Part shown: piece by piece, positions 1 through 12,664 of the stretch
Layout of the letters: each line of letters starts with the position of its first letter
How positions within the stretch are numbered: position 1 is the stretch's first letter
Source: Lingula anatina
Taxonomy: Eukaryota > Animalia > Brachiopoda
Assembly: GCA_051362555.1 (NCBI GenBank)
Contig: CM120645.1
Location: 14,508,001-14,572,000 of the forward strand
DNA length: 64,000 nucleotides
Reading direction: 5' to 3'
Translations under genes and position numbers: made by a program
The notes under the pieces: generated by a model
Database searches by the model: none
Told to the model about the DNA's origin: nothing
What the model saw: only the letters and a program-made list of their open reading frames with translations

Positions 1-800
1 TGAAAAGCTGAAAGAAAATTCGCCGAGGCACTAGAAAATTCACTGAGGCAGTGTCATTGTTTTTTTTCATCACAGATCAAAAGAAAGCTAATACATTGTA
101 TTTGTAAAAAAAAACTTGTAAGCCTAGACTTAATCCGTAATGGGACACGTAATTAAATTTCTTATTTAACATATCTCATATTTCAGTAAAGATGTTTTCG
201 AAAAATTTGTGATACATTCAATTTTGTAAAGAAATAAAAGAGTAAGGATTCCTTTACATCCATGATGAATTTCATTTCTTTCTGAACTTCAACATTTATA
301 AGATTAATAATGTGCTACACCTGCATGCATATCAACCTAAAAGTCAAAGGAAGTTTTCTTGATTACAGCTTTTGTTAATTTTACGTGTTAATATGTGATG
401 CTCTGACTTGGATAATGATAAAATTGTCCCCAGTACCAAAAATATCGACTCCATTCCATTTCATTCCTAACTTCAAAATCATTTATACTCGTATTTCATG
501 TCCTTCATTTTATTTAATATGTACTATAACAGTAATAATCTTCACTGCAATATTACATGCTTATCACTGTAAATAGGTTTGTGCGTAAGAGTCTGCATTT
601 GTGTGTATGCTTGTATATGTATGCATGTACCTGGTAATTAATTCTTTTTGAATATTGGCCATTTTTCTATCATAATACAAAGCTCCATTTAAACAATTAT
701 TAATGATATACATACAATGTGTATTAAAACTACATTTAGTAATTTGTTAAGTTTATATTTTGATTTTAACCAGATTAATGAAAAACAACATTTCTTTTAG

Positions 801-3800
801 GTGGCAAAAAACCCTCCCCCAAACGGGGACCTCCACCTCCCCTTCCAAGGGCAGATGAAGTTCCAGAGCACTCTACCACTGCTGTAAAACATGGAAAAGA
901 TCACAGTAGCACAATCTCAGTGAATTCAGCAGCCTCCCAGTCTGGAGAGACTGACAATGCAGTATCCACAGTCCCAAAGAAAACTGTAGACACAGCAACC
1001 TCTAATTCAAAAGTGACTAATACAACTGTATCGCCAGTGCCAAAAGACAATACCCCCATCACAGAAGAAGGGTCCAAGTCTGAGAACACTAGTCCCTCAG
1101 ATGGCGTACCTGTTATGAGACGAAAAAGCATAGGACCTGGTATTGATATACCAGAATCCTTGGGGGAGGACCTCATTGAACTGGTGCGGAGGAACACCAA
1201 GTTGAGCTATGAACTTTCAAGGGTTGCCGTGGGAACTGTTGTCAGCACCTTAAAAGACAAAATTCCTGGAGTTGCCATGGCAATGGACGAGGTTTTAAAG
1301 AATCTTCTGCACACACAGGTGGGGATGGCATTGACTTATGCCCAATAAGTGATTTGTTTTCATTATTGTTCAGTGAAATGCAAGTATGACATTTTTTAAA
1401 ATTTATTTGTACCTATATCTTCTATGCAAAAATATTTTCATATTACAGATTGCAGAAGTCGACTTCAAAAATGTTCGGTATGACTATATGCTATTGTGTT
1501 CTCTCCCATATTCTTTAAATCTATCAGATATTATTTTTTCAGAGAGAGTCTCACAGCCTGGAAGGCAGTCAAGATGCAGTAAGACTTCAAGTGATATTTT
1601 CTGAGATCTCTGCTTGCAAAGACGACTCTCAGCAGCGAGGCTGGTCCCTCTATGAAGATGAATCAGTCATACTGGAATACTTAGAGGAGCTGTTATCAAT
1701 ACTTGTAAGGAATCTTAGGATGCACATATTAGTTTTTTTAGGATGCCCTCTCCCTCCCCTCCTCCTAGGCATCAAAGTTATTTTAAAACCCTTTTTAAAA
1801 TTGACTCTGAAGTTCCTTACCATCTGTAAAAAGTTTTCATAATTAAGCAATTTAAGTCCTGTTTTTTCACTAACCTGAGAACTTGTGACTTCAATCTACT
1901 TGTCTCTCTTTAATTTTATTTCCAAGTAGTTTTAACAATTAAAATTATCCTTGAAGAAAAAATTGCATGTGTACTTTGACTTTTTTCAATTTAAAACATT
2001 GCTAAATCATTTATGCCTGTCCATTTGACAGCTTTGTGGCCTTGTTTCATTACAGAATGGTGCTAATCCAGACATCTGCAGGCAAATTGTCTCAATGGAA
2101 AAATATGAAGCCGTGGACACCCTAGTGGTTTACTATCAAATGGTATGTACTTAATGAAAGTTCTGCAGGTAGATCACTATTTAACTGTTAAAGTTTTGTT
2201 TTAAAACAAACAATAACAAGTTGAATGATACCATGAATTTAGCAAAATAAACATTAATTTACAAAAGAAAATGCCATAATCCTTATATTTGTGAATTGGT
2301 AAAAAGGTAGTAAATATGCTGATCTGGGTGTTACATTTACTTCATATTTATATTGAAATTTGAAATATCTTATTGAAATAACTTATGGAAGAAAGGAAAC
2401 AGGTGAACAAATAGGACTTGCACTAAAATACCTATTAGAAGAAACAGGTGTGCACAATTGGCAGACAGTGTACATTAATTTTTCATTACATGACTTTTGA
2501 CCCTTTGAACACATGACAATAGATAATAAGTATTTCAAAATGGATACGCATCTTCACTAATAGTTTTTGAATTACTGAATAAAGGTAGTGTACTGTAGAT
2601 GTGTCAATCTGATATTGGGATCTGTCCGTGTTATTGTACAGTTATAGTCTGGGTGTGAGAGTAATAGCTATAATTCCAGTCAATAAATGCAATATAATAC
2701 CAGTACAAATCACTTGTACAATTTTCCAACAGTTGGCTAAATCACACAACGGCACCATCTCATATAAAATAGGTTGGTTAGGGACAAAGATCGGTTTGTT
2801 AACAAAAAAAAAAAAAAAGGTATGACTATAGAAGAATCACACCACTTGTCAAGTATGCATGTATATAAAGCCCAACTACAATTTATTGCTTTTTTTAACG
2901 ATAAAGAGAGATTACATGGGCTATGGTGTAAAAACTAGACTGGTTAATAATTTTTAAATAAACTATAGCCTGCTTTGGATAGTAATAAAATATATTGGTC
3001 CAACTTATCAGCAGGGGAATTATGATGGAGTATAGGCCATTGTCCTATTTTAATTTTGATGAAGAAAACTGAAAATTATTAATTACAAGATTAAAAAAAA
3101 TGTATTTATTTTCCTAATTATTATTATTATTATTAGGAAACCAGAAAGTCCATACGTTTGCAGTTACTACAAGTATTTGGTGCTTTATGTGGTCTGGATG
3201 CTAAAATCATCTCTATGCTGTTGACTACTATATTACCAATAGAACTTGCTAGGGACATGCAGACAGACACAGGTAAATTAAGCTGTGATCACTATAGTCC
3301 AAGAAATTGGTGCAGAAAAAAGGGTGAATTGCGCGTTTTTTACCTACAAGCATGAAATTTGCCACAGTTGTAGATAATGGAATTCTAAGCTTTTTTGGAT
3401 ATATGGGCATGTCTGAAAATTCCAGTATGGCTGCCAAATCCAATATGGCCGCCACAAATACTCTTTTAAATTAAAACATCTAATATATAGTCCTAAAATG
3501 GTTTAGAATATCATTTTATAGCTGGAAAATATCATGCTATGAATGAATTATCAATATCCGTTTCTACAGGTGTATAGAATTCCAAAATGGCCTCCAAAAG
3601 TAAAATAAGCAGTTTACTTACGCAAAATATGCAGCAGTTTCGTAAAATCATCAAGCACTTACAATTACAAGCATAAAAATTGGCATAGTTATGTAGAACA
3701 TGATTCTAAGCAACGTTGGATATAGGGGCATGTCTGAAAATTCCAATATGGCAGCCAATTTCAATATTGCCCCCAAAATACCCTTTCAAGGTGAAAGTTA

Positions 3801-6800
3801 TTTGTATAGTCTTTTATAAAAATATCATTTAATGGTTAGAAAATACCATTGTATCTATGAAGTATCAGTATCTGCCACTTAAGGTTTTAAAATTCCAAAA
3901 TGGCCTCCAAAAGTCAGCAGACCACAACTATTGAATTGTAATCACTCGGGAATAGGCATGTGGGCTTTGCAAACTACCTGTATAATCAGCATATTCCTAC
4001 CTGTGCAGGAGCTATTCTACAGAGTTTTTAAAAAACCATCAAGCATGATACATTTATTATGTACTGAAAAAAGTCCTTCTTTTGATAAACCAACATAAGT
4101 AGTTTGACTTTTTGCTCTGGATTCTCATTTAGATCAATTCCCAGTTAGCAATCTTCTTATATGGCACTCATGAGCGACTCCCCCTTTCTAAGAAAAAAAG
4201 TATCGTGCAAAATCCATAAAATGTGAAAGAAACACCAGAATAACTTAGCCTTAAAGAGGCAAATATAAAAAACTTGGGGTGTACCAATTTTGTCTGTTGG
4301 TTATGATTCTTCAGCTAGATCAGTGCATGGCGCTTCATCAAATGCTCATAAATATAACAAAAATGACAGCTAATCAAACATACAGGTCTCAATAATTTGG
4401 TGTTTTTCATTGGTAAAGTACTAAAAGCGGGGCACATTTGCACTCGATAATGTTATGATGTTATCTTGTGCTTCAAAAGTAAATTAGAAAAGCTTCTTAT
4501 TTAAAAAATTGGCTTTAGTACATTCGCAGTAATGGCTACCGAGAATTTAGTGAAAATTTATGAGCAAAGAAATACCTGTACCCCAAACAGAGGGCAGGTG
4601 TTGATACGTGCTGTATCCAAGAGTTGCATTGCAGACTTCACACTTCGTGCACTAAAAAAGAAGCACTGATCTATAGGCGCCAAACTTTGGTTTTCATTTG
4701 ATCATTTGGCAACTTGTTTAGTTACAAACTTATACTTTCAAAAAACTGAACATGAAAATAGAAGAATTAAAATCCTCCAGACAGTTAATACATACAAAAC
4801 TTCAAAAAACGACGTATTCTGAGGATTACACCAAGAAATTAGTGCAATATGGACTTTGAAAGGTAAATATTCATGAGATTTCCGGCATCATTGTCTCTGT
4901 GGGACAATCCAGAATGAAGCCATGAGGAGTATTCACTTACCCAGCTTACAAAATCTACCAGGTAGCTCCTACCACATCTGTTTGTAGTTATGTGTGCAGT
5001 TGCTAACTGTGGTGAGGGGAGTCAGAAGCATTGGAAGACTGGTCCTATAAGGGTTCACACTAGTAACCTACATCTACTACTATGCCCTACCACACTTTCA
5101 TATTCCTATTGACCCTCATGCATGTAAACTGATGCTTTCTGGTGTTAAAAACGACCAATGCCTCTTGGTATTTTGTTGGGGAAAGTGGATTACATGTAGA
5201 AGCTTTAGCTTTAAGGAAATACTGGGAAAGCTGAGTGAAACACAACTACTAGTAAAGCTAGGCACACATTAATGAATGAAAATTATTTAACCAAATAAGT
5301 AGAAATTTCGGTGTAGCTAGCTGTTATCCTCTGTTGAGATATTGTCCATTTACTAAAGTAAAAGGTTGACCACCCATAAAATGTGCAACACTTACTTGAT
5401 AAAATAACTTTCGTTAATTTGAAACTTATTTGTGAAAATACCTTGACATTTTCATATCCTTGACATTTATAGAATTGCTGCATGTGGTGTCACAACTAGA
5501 CCAAAAGGAGTCCTGTTCCATTTTTTATGGTCATTTGGGTCTAATTGTAACTAAAGGAGCGAAAAACCAAAAAAGAGTAAAGACTGTTGTCAGTCAGATT
5601 ATATAGTAGTCTTTTTTTACTTTAAAAGGGTTTTAGTGGCCATATTAGAATATTCAGACATGTCCCTATATAACAAATTGCTTACAATCCTGTTCTGTAC
5701 AATTGAGCCAATTTCCATGCTTGTAGTTTTAAGTACATGATGAATTCACCATACTGCTGCTGTGAGTGGCCTGTTTTTCTTATTTTTGGGACCATGTTGG
5801 ATTTCTATACACTTAAAGAATCAAATATTGATACTTCATGCATACCATAGTCTTGTCTAACCATAAAATGTTATCTTAAGTTATTATATGATTATATATA
5901 CTTGAAGTTTTAATTTGAACGGGTATTTGTGTCGGCTATATTGGATTTGGGGGCCATATATTGAAATTTTTAGACATGCTCATACATCCAAAAGTGCTTG
6001 GAATCCTGTTTTACAACTGTACCAAATGCCATGCTTGTAGTTTTTGATGAATTAACCACTCTGCTGGATATCTTGGATTAGTAGAGTGATTTTTACTATT
6101 GGCGGCCATTTTGGATTTAATACACCTAAAAAAGCAAATATTGACTCTGAATTCATACCGTGGTGTTTTTTAACCTTTGTATGATATTTACGCCCTTAAA
6201 AGATACTTGAAGTTTTAATTAGAAGCCATATTTTTGGAGGCCATCTTGGATTTGAAGGCCATTTTTAAATTTTCGGATATGCCCATACATCCAAACTTGC
6301 TCAGAATTTCATTTTCCACAAACCTGCCAAATTTTATGCTTGTAGTTTTAAGTGCTTGATGAATTCCCCATTCAAATGGATATCTTGAATAAATGGTCTG
6401 CTTTTTTTACTTTTGGTGGCCATTTTGGATTTAATACACCTAGGGGATTCATACCATGGTGTTTTCTAACCTTTATATGATATTTTAAGTCATTAGAAGA
6501 CTATGTACTTGAAGTTTTAATTTGAAAAGGTATTTTGGTGGCCATATTGGATTTGACGGCCATTTTGGAATTTTTTAGACATGCCCATATATCCAAATTT
6601 GCTTAGAATTTTGTTGTCCATAAGTGTGCCAAATTTCATGCTTGTAGGTAAAAAATTCACAATTTTTCACCAATTTCCTGGACTACTATGCTTTCATATT
6701 AAAGGTATAATAACTCTTCGTTTCGGCCAAAAAATGAATTTTCCTGGAGTAAACAACAATTTTCCCATACTTACCAATGGTAAATGAATCCATTTTTACA

Positions 6801-7047
6801 TTCAGAGTTAGTCCCTGGTTTTTTTCTAAAAAGTTTGGTTTTTTGTTAAAATCTCTTAAGAGATTTTAACAGAGTATAGCCATCAATGGAGGTCACGTGG
6901 TCTAAAGACAAGCTCAGATTTCAGAAAAAATAGCTATAACTGCCGTTTTTGTGGTAAAACAGAATATATTACATTTCTATGAGTTATTCACAATGTTTTT
7001 ATTGTGAAATATAGATCTCATACGAAGAGTTATTATCCTTTTAAAAC

Positions 7048-7110
<63 letters not shown>

Positions 7111-10100
7111 CTTTGTGTCCCATTGGTATTTCCTGGCTGTAACACTATGTGCAAATATTGGCTGCGGTTACCAACTGTTGCTGGAAATACAATGAAGGTT
7201 GTAACAACATTATTGTTGCATTATAACATTGTTACATCAATTATGCATTGTTACATCAATTGTTTTTGTATTATGGGATATATTGAGCATTGTTATGTCG
7301 AGATGTTTTATGGGAAGACTTTGACCATTGTTACATCAACAATTGCTGTCGTATAATGGGAAGACATTGTTACATCAACAATTGCTGTTGTATTATGGGA
7401 AGACATTGATCATTGTAACATCAACAATTGCTGTAGTATTATGGGAAGACATTGTTACATCAACAATTTGCTGTTGTATTATGGGAAGACATTGTTACAT
7501 CAACAATTGCTGTTGTATTATGGGAAGACATTGTTACTCAACAATTGCTGTTGTATTATGGGGAGACATTGTTACGTCAACAAGTGCTGTTGTATTATGG
7601 GAAGACATCGTTACATCAACAATTGCTGTTGTATTATGGGAAAATATTGTTACATCAACAATTGGTATTGTATTATGGGAAGACATTGTTACATCAACAA
7701 TTGCTGTTGTATTATGGGAAGACATTGTTACATCAACAATTGCTGTTGTATTATGGGAAGATATTGTTACATCAACAATTGGTATTGTATTATGGGAAGA
7801 CATTATTACATCAACAATTGCTGTTGTATTATGGGAAAATATTGGGCATTGTGACATCAACAATTGCTATTGTATTATGGGAAGACATTGTTACATCAAC
7901 AATTGCTGTTGTATTATGGGAAGATATTGTTACATCAACAATTGGTATTGTATTATGGGAAGACATTGTTTCATCAACAATTGCTGTTGTATTATGGGAA
8001 TACATTGGGGAAACCTGAAGTCTCAAGTCTTTGCAAACCAATGATTTAACAATTTTTTGTGCAAGTTAGATACCGGTAATAGAGACTTGCTTGTTGGTAA
8101 ATGATGTAGAATATGTTTTGCTTCATTTCAGATATTCAGAAGTTGAGTTACTCATCCCTTGTGCTGACAATGATATTTTCAATGGGAGAACCCTTGCCAT
8201 TCCATACATACGGTAAATGATCACTTGATGGAATGATTCTATTATGATGATGCACAGTAATGCATTTGCTGTGATGTGGTTGTGCTTGGTGATTGTGCTT
8301 TTACCAGCACTGGATCATCAACTTTAATTTTTATGAAATTGTCAATGCAGAAGTCACTAATATATAGAGGCAGCATATTTCAAAATTATGATTGGTTTGT
8401 TATTCTTGAAAATTAATACAAAAATTAGACAATTTTGTTTTCTTTTTTTAATTTTTAAATAGCACCTAGGATATAAAAAAAGGGGATTTGATTAACCCTG
8501 TCCACTTTATACAACCTTTGATTCTATGAGAATTTTCATTTAACTGCAGTGATGTTACTGAATACCTTTTCTTTCTCTTTTCAGAACATTTGAACAAAAT
8601 GTTTGTTAGTTTCCTATTCAGCAGTATAGAAAACCCCCTGGCAGAAGATGTTGAGGAGGTTCTCTCGGATTCCTATGTGAACTTGATCCTCTCGTTCAAC
8701 CTGCACTTCCAGCAGTTTAAAGATAACTTGGTCATGCAAGTCTTGGCAGAGAGAGGAACCTCGAAGACATTTACAGAGAAAGTCTTATTGTTGGTTAACA
8801 GAGAAGGTGAGAAAGGGTCAGTGAGTTTGGAAGGTCAAATTGAAGAGATTTTTTCTGTAAAGTTTAAGGGTGCTTTTCCAGAGGTTTAGATCAATCTAAA
8901 GATTAAATTTTAGATCGACCTAACTCCCTGGGGGTTCACGCTAAATTGCAGTCAGCCGAGCGGACACCATAGTTCATTACCCCTTTACAGCTTTTAGTAG
9001 GCGGGACAGCCGCTTAAGCCGGCCAAGCTGACAGTAATCTAGTGAGACTCCCCACAGGAATAGATTGATCTAAAAATCTATGGAAATGGGGTGTAACATA
9101 TTTATTAGCACATGCTTTCCAGATGTGCAGAAGTTTTTTTGATTGTAAAATTTGATGAACAGTATTTGATTTTGATGTTTTATTTTAATAGAAAAGGTGT
9201 GACTGAAGCCATTGAGTTGGCGATAAAAATATCAATGAGTCCTAAGTGTTGATTAATATTTTTTTATATAATTCTAAAATGATTGTTCCAAATTTTGGTA
9301 AATACATGTGTGTGATTAATTGTGACATTATAGAATCCATATTACTATCAGTGATTTTCATTCATTTATATATGCTGAAAATAGCTTGCTAAATCTCGGT
9401 CCCAATCACCCTGTGTTTATATTTTAAACACAGGATGATTGGGAGCAATCACCCTGTTTATATTTTAAAACATATGCTCTTATGATTTGTTTTTAGCTGA
9501 CCCAGTGAGGATGTTTGAGCATGATCCCAAGCCCCCTCAATCCGTACTGAAGCTGTTCATGGACATATTTTCCCAACCCGAGACTGCTGGTGTCCTCTAT
9601 ACCAATGATGCCAAGGTGCTGATAGATATTGTCATTAGGCAGATCACAGATCTTTCACCAGGAGATGCAGTAAGTTTTTGTATTCTTTTTGTTATCTGTC
9701 TGATAGTTTTAGCTAATATTAACCACTCTTTCCACAAACAGAAAAATTTAGCAAAATATCAATGTTCATCAAACACTGCATTGGCCATGGGACATAAAGG
9801 AGAACCATTCTTATTGCTATTGTATTATGGGAAGACATTAACCATTGTTACATCAACAGTTGCTGTTGTATTATGGGAAGATATAGACCATTGTTACATC
9901 AACAATTGCTGTTGTATTATGGGAAGCCATATTGTTACATCAACAATTGCTGTTGTATTATGGGAAGATATAGACCATTGTTACATCAACAATTGCTGTT
10001 GTATTATGGGAAGCCATATTGTTACATCAATGATTGCTGTTGTTATATGGGAAGATTTCAGCATATAGTTTGATAATACCAGTATTTTTTCTGACTTCAG

Positions 10101-10298
10101 ATGAGAACAGAGTATCTTTCCCTTATCCACCTGATCTTTAAGAACTCAGACTACTCAGAACACATGCACAGAAGCTCAGAACTGCAGAGTCTCTTCATGA
10201 AAGTATCCCGAGAGGAGGCAAAAGAGAGCGAGATGGATAAATTGATAGTGCAGCAGATTTGGTCAGACTTTCCACAGTATTTCGGTAGCGCAGTTTGA
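801..10298 (+). CDS. NCKIPSD: NCK-interacting protein with SH3 domain (SPIN90/WISH/DIP1), 3' eight coding exons; 5' exons including SH3 lie upstream of the window
   Basis: Phase-consistent GT-AG exons 801-1318, 1543-1704, 2056-2142, 3137-3272, 8132-8212, 8585-8806, 9497-9669, 10101-10298 (TGA). Translation gives a Pro-rich segment ([10 protein letters not shown]), then SPIN90 motifs [120 protein letters not shown] (SPIN90/Ldb17 armadillo region). Confidence 0.93.
3295..6685. mobile_element. Non-autonomous DNA transposon with long terminal inverted repeats, Academ-like, in an NCKIPSD intron
   Basis: Left end TAGTCCAAGAAATTGGTG (3295) mirrors right end CACCAATTTCCTGGACTA (to 6685). Inverted similarity continues for several hundred bp, with arms made of ~300-bp subrepeats. 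CTA flanks both ends (3-bp TSD). TAG...CTA termini with a 3-4 bp TSD match the Academ superfamily. No intact internal ORF. Confidence 0.7.
6703..7040. mobile_element. MITE with TTAA target-site duplication (Kolobok-like)
   Basis: TTAA|AGGTATAATAACTCTTCGT ... ACGAAGAGTTATTATCCTT|TTAA: ~19-bp imperfect TIR, with TTAA at 6699-6702 and 7041-7044. An AGG start fits Kolobok better than piggyBac (CCC). Confidence 0.65.
7050..7107. repeat. (TA)n microsatellite
   Basis: Perfect AT dinucleotide run. Confidence 0.98.
7228..8000. repeat. 39-bp minisatellite array (GTTACATCAACAATTGCTGTTGTATTATGGGAAGACATT), roughly 17-19 copies
   Basis: Direct tandem copies, with occasional ~46-bp variants. It explains the overlapping repetitive ORFs at 7328-8049. 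Confidence 0.95.
8868..9093 (+). mobile_element. ~215-225 bp MITE, copy 1 (PIF/Harbinger/Tourist-like)
   Basis: Homologous to 21873-22086 (same orientation) and 19164-19378 (inverted). Degenerate TIRs; flanked by TAA/TAA. Confidence 0.8.
9812..10058. repeat. Second array of the 39-bp-family minisatellite, arranged as an ~87-bp dimer
   Basis: Same CATTGTTACATCAACAATTGCTGTTGTATTATGGGAAG core, about 5-6 units, in the last NCKIPSD intron. Confidence 0.9.
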
Positions 10299-12128
10299 TA
10301 TCCTCAGCAGTGGGAGATGGATCGGGATGAATGGTATCAAGCACTGCCAGATGTTCACGAGAATGACTTAGGCCAGTGGACAGAGAAACAGCTGAAGGCC
10401 TTGTAGAACCTGAGATGGAAATGACCTTGGCTTGCAAAATTCTACAAAATTAAAGCTACGACCTATGACTTTGAAGTTGACAGGCACTCAGAATTTACAT
10501 GAAATGTACTGTTGGGTGTCAGGACATGTTATACTTAGTAGCAGTCTTTTAAAGGTAGCCATATTAGATATGCTTTTAAAAAACGGCTGAAAAGTTGGTT
10601 TAAAGAAATTAATGGTTGAAAAGCATTGTATTAGCAGAGAGTCCAGAAGATGATTGGCTGTGGATCAGTGCCATTAAAAAGAGACTGAAATAAGAAAAAA
10701 AAATCGCCATCACTAAAATTATAATTTTGAAAAGTTAGTCCATGTAAGTGAATTTTACCTATTACGTTTTTGCCCAATGGGGCTTTAGTACAATTTAAAG
10801 CTATTTTTGAATATCTAAAGTACTGTTTTTTTATTTCATCAAATAATATTTGATTAAATAATCTTACATGAATTATCAAAGTTCAGAACAAATATGAAGC
10901 ACTAGTTGCATATTATGTTCTAATTTACAATATTTAGGATTATTAATCACAACTTATTCAGTACAAAGTGGAATGTTGCTAAAAGAGACAAATGGACTTC
11001 TCTAAAATTAAAATTTGGAAATTGCACCAGCAACAACTGGTGAAAGAATTTTGGCTTCTTAAACTTGACTGAAGTGCCATACCACAGTTTTCAGTTTTAA
11101 ACATGCAGAACTTAAGAAGTAAGAATCATTTCACATTTTGACTGTATACTACTAAAATCCTTTTATAACATCGACTTTTTTAGTGTTGTATTTTGAACTT
11201 TTACATTGTTCATCTGTGTATGTAAGCCATTTGGTGTGAAAATTAATGACATTTCTTTTCTTGTGCATGTATAAACTGTGATTATGGTATTTTTTTAAAA
11301 ATTGTTTAAATGTAAACCTTGTCAATATTTGACAACTAACCTCACATTCAAGTCTTCCAAATTATGGATAAAGTATTATTATTGGAGATTTAGGGGAGTT
11401 TTCTAAGACTGCTCACAACATGCCTAGCATGAGAAGTCCTTTCCTTATGCAGAAAAAGTTGCAATTGTAATGAATGGGTAAAGATGGTGCAATATTGTAG
11501 AAGCTCTAATGAACTTGTGATTGCAATTTTTTTTTCATACCTATTTTAAATTATATTTGGTGGAATAAATTGATGTTTAAACACTTTTTGTCTCTTCAGT
11601 ATTTTCTTCCACATACTCGACTTGTTGAGTTAAAATGTTATAACTACATGGGTATATGCCTAAGGTAAAAAATTAATAAAGTCTAAACTCAAAATCATAT
11701 TTATACTTTTAATACGAATAAACATACACATAAAATAACATACTCTTACTGTAAAAGAAATATCATTTGGTCCCACTTAATTTACAAATATTCTGAAAGA
11801 AAAACCAACAATTCCTTAACACGTGACTAACCACTAGGAAGAAGACTTGTACTCAGTACTGCAAATTTATTATATATGCATGATCATGAACAATGAATAC
11901 CCATTTTCAATACCCCTTCCCCCAACCCAATCTATGGTGTGTAATATAGACTAGATGCTTCTGTTTAAAAATGATTGGGCTGCAGCTGCTGGATTGATGC
12001 AACTCTCCCAATGTATTGGCACCACTTCAACATATGTAAAAATGAAATTATTTGGATTAAATTTGGTAGTGAGAAGTATCCATCTAGGTAATGAGAACCA
12101 GGGCTTAATGTTCATTTCAACATAACAT

Positions 12129-12182
12129 AAACCAACTGGAATATGTTATGTTCATTTTAACATAACATATTCCAGTTGGTTT
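12129..12182. repeat. Perfect 24-bp inverted repeat (hairpin, 6-nt loop)
   Basis: AAACCAACTGGAATATGTTATGTT-catttt-AACATAACATATTCCAGTTGGTTT, in the probable DPM3 3' UTR. Confidence 0.9.
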
Positions 12183-12664
12183 CATTAGACCTAACACTGC
12201 ACTACAGAAGATATTTGCTGATTTAGAAACCATGTGGGGGATTTCTTCAACTATACATTTTCAATAGCTTTTTCACAGCCTGTACTTGCCTCATATTAAG
12301 TGCCATACATGCAGTGTTAAACATGCCTTTAAGACTGCTTCATCATGTTAAGTTACAGATACAGTTTAAGAAATTCAATGTTCAATGGATAAACATGACC
12401 ACTCACTTGACTGAAGTGGTCTTCAAACAAATTTGAGTAACAGCTGAGTGTGTAATTAGTGGCCAGAGAGATAGCTGGTAATTGTCAATGACAAGGCTAG
12501 GAAACTTCCAACATTTCTATTCTATTTTTCACAGCAGTCCATTTTATGGGTCAATATGACCACTGTAGTCAATACAAAAGGATTAATAAATATATATATA
12601 TATAAATAAATATATATATCCTGTCATAGTAAAAGCAATAGAGAATTTGTAGTTCTGCTATTGG

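Noticed and set aside
3950-5600. Transposase gene inside the foldback element
   Set aside because: No long ORF, and I could not read a convincing catalytic motif by eye.
7228-8049. CRISPR-like array or Cys-rich repeat protein (ORFs of 238, 188 and 137 aa)
   Set aside because: Units are directly adjacent with no unique spacers and no cas genes, in a eukaryotic intron. The ORFs arise because the 39-bp unit lacks stop codons.
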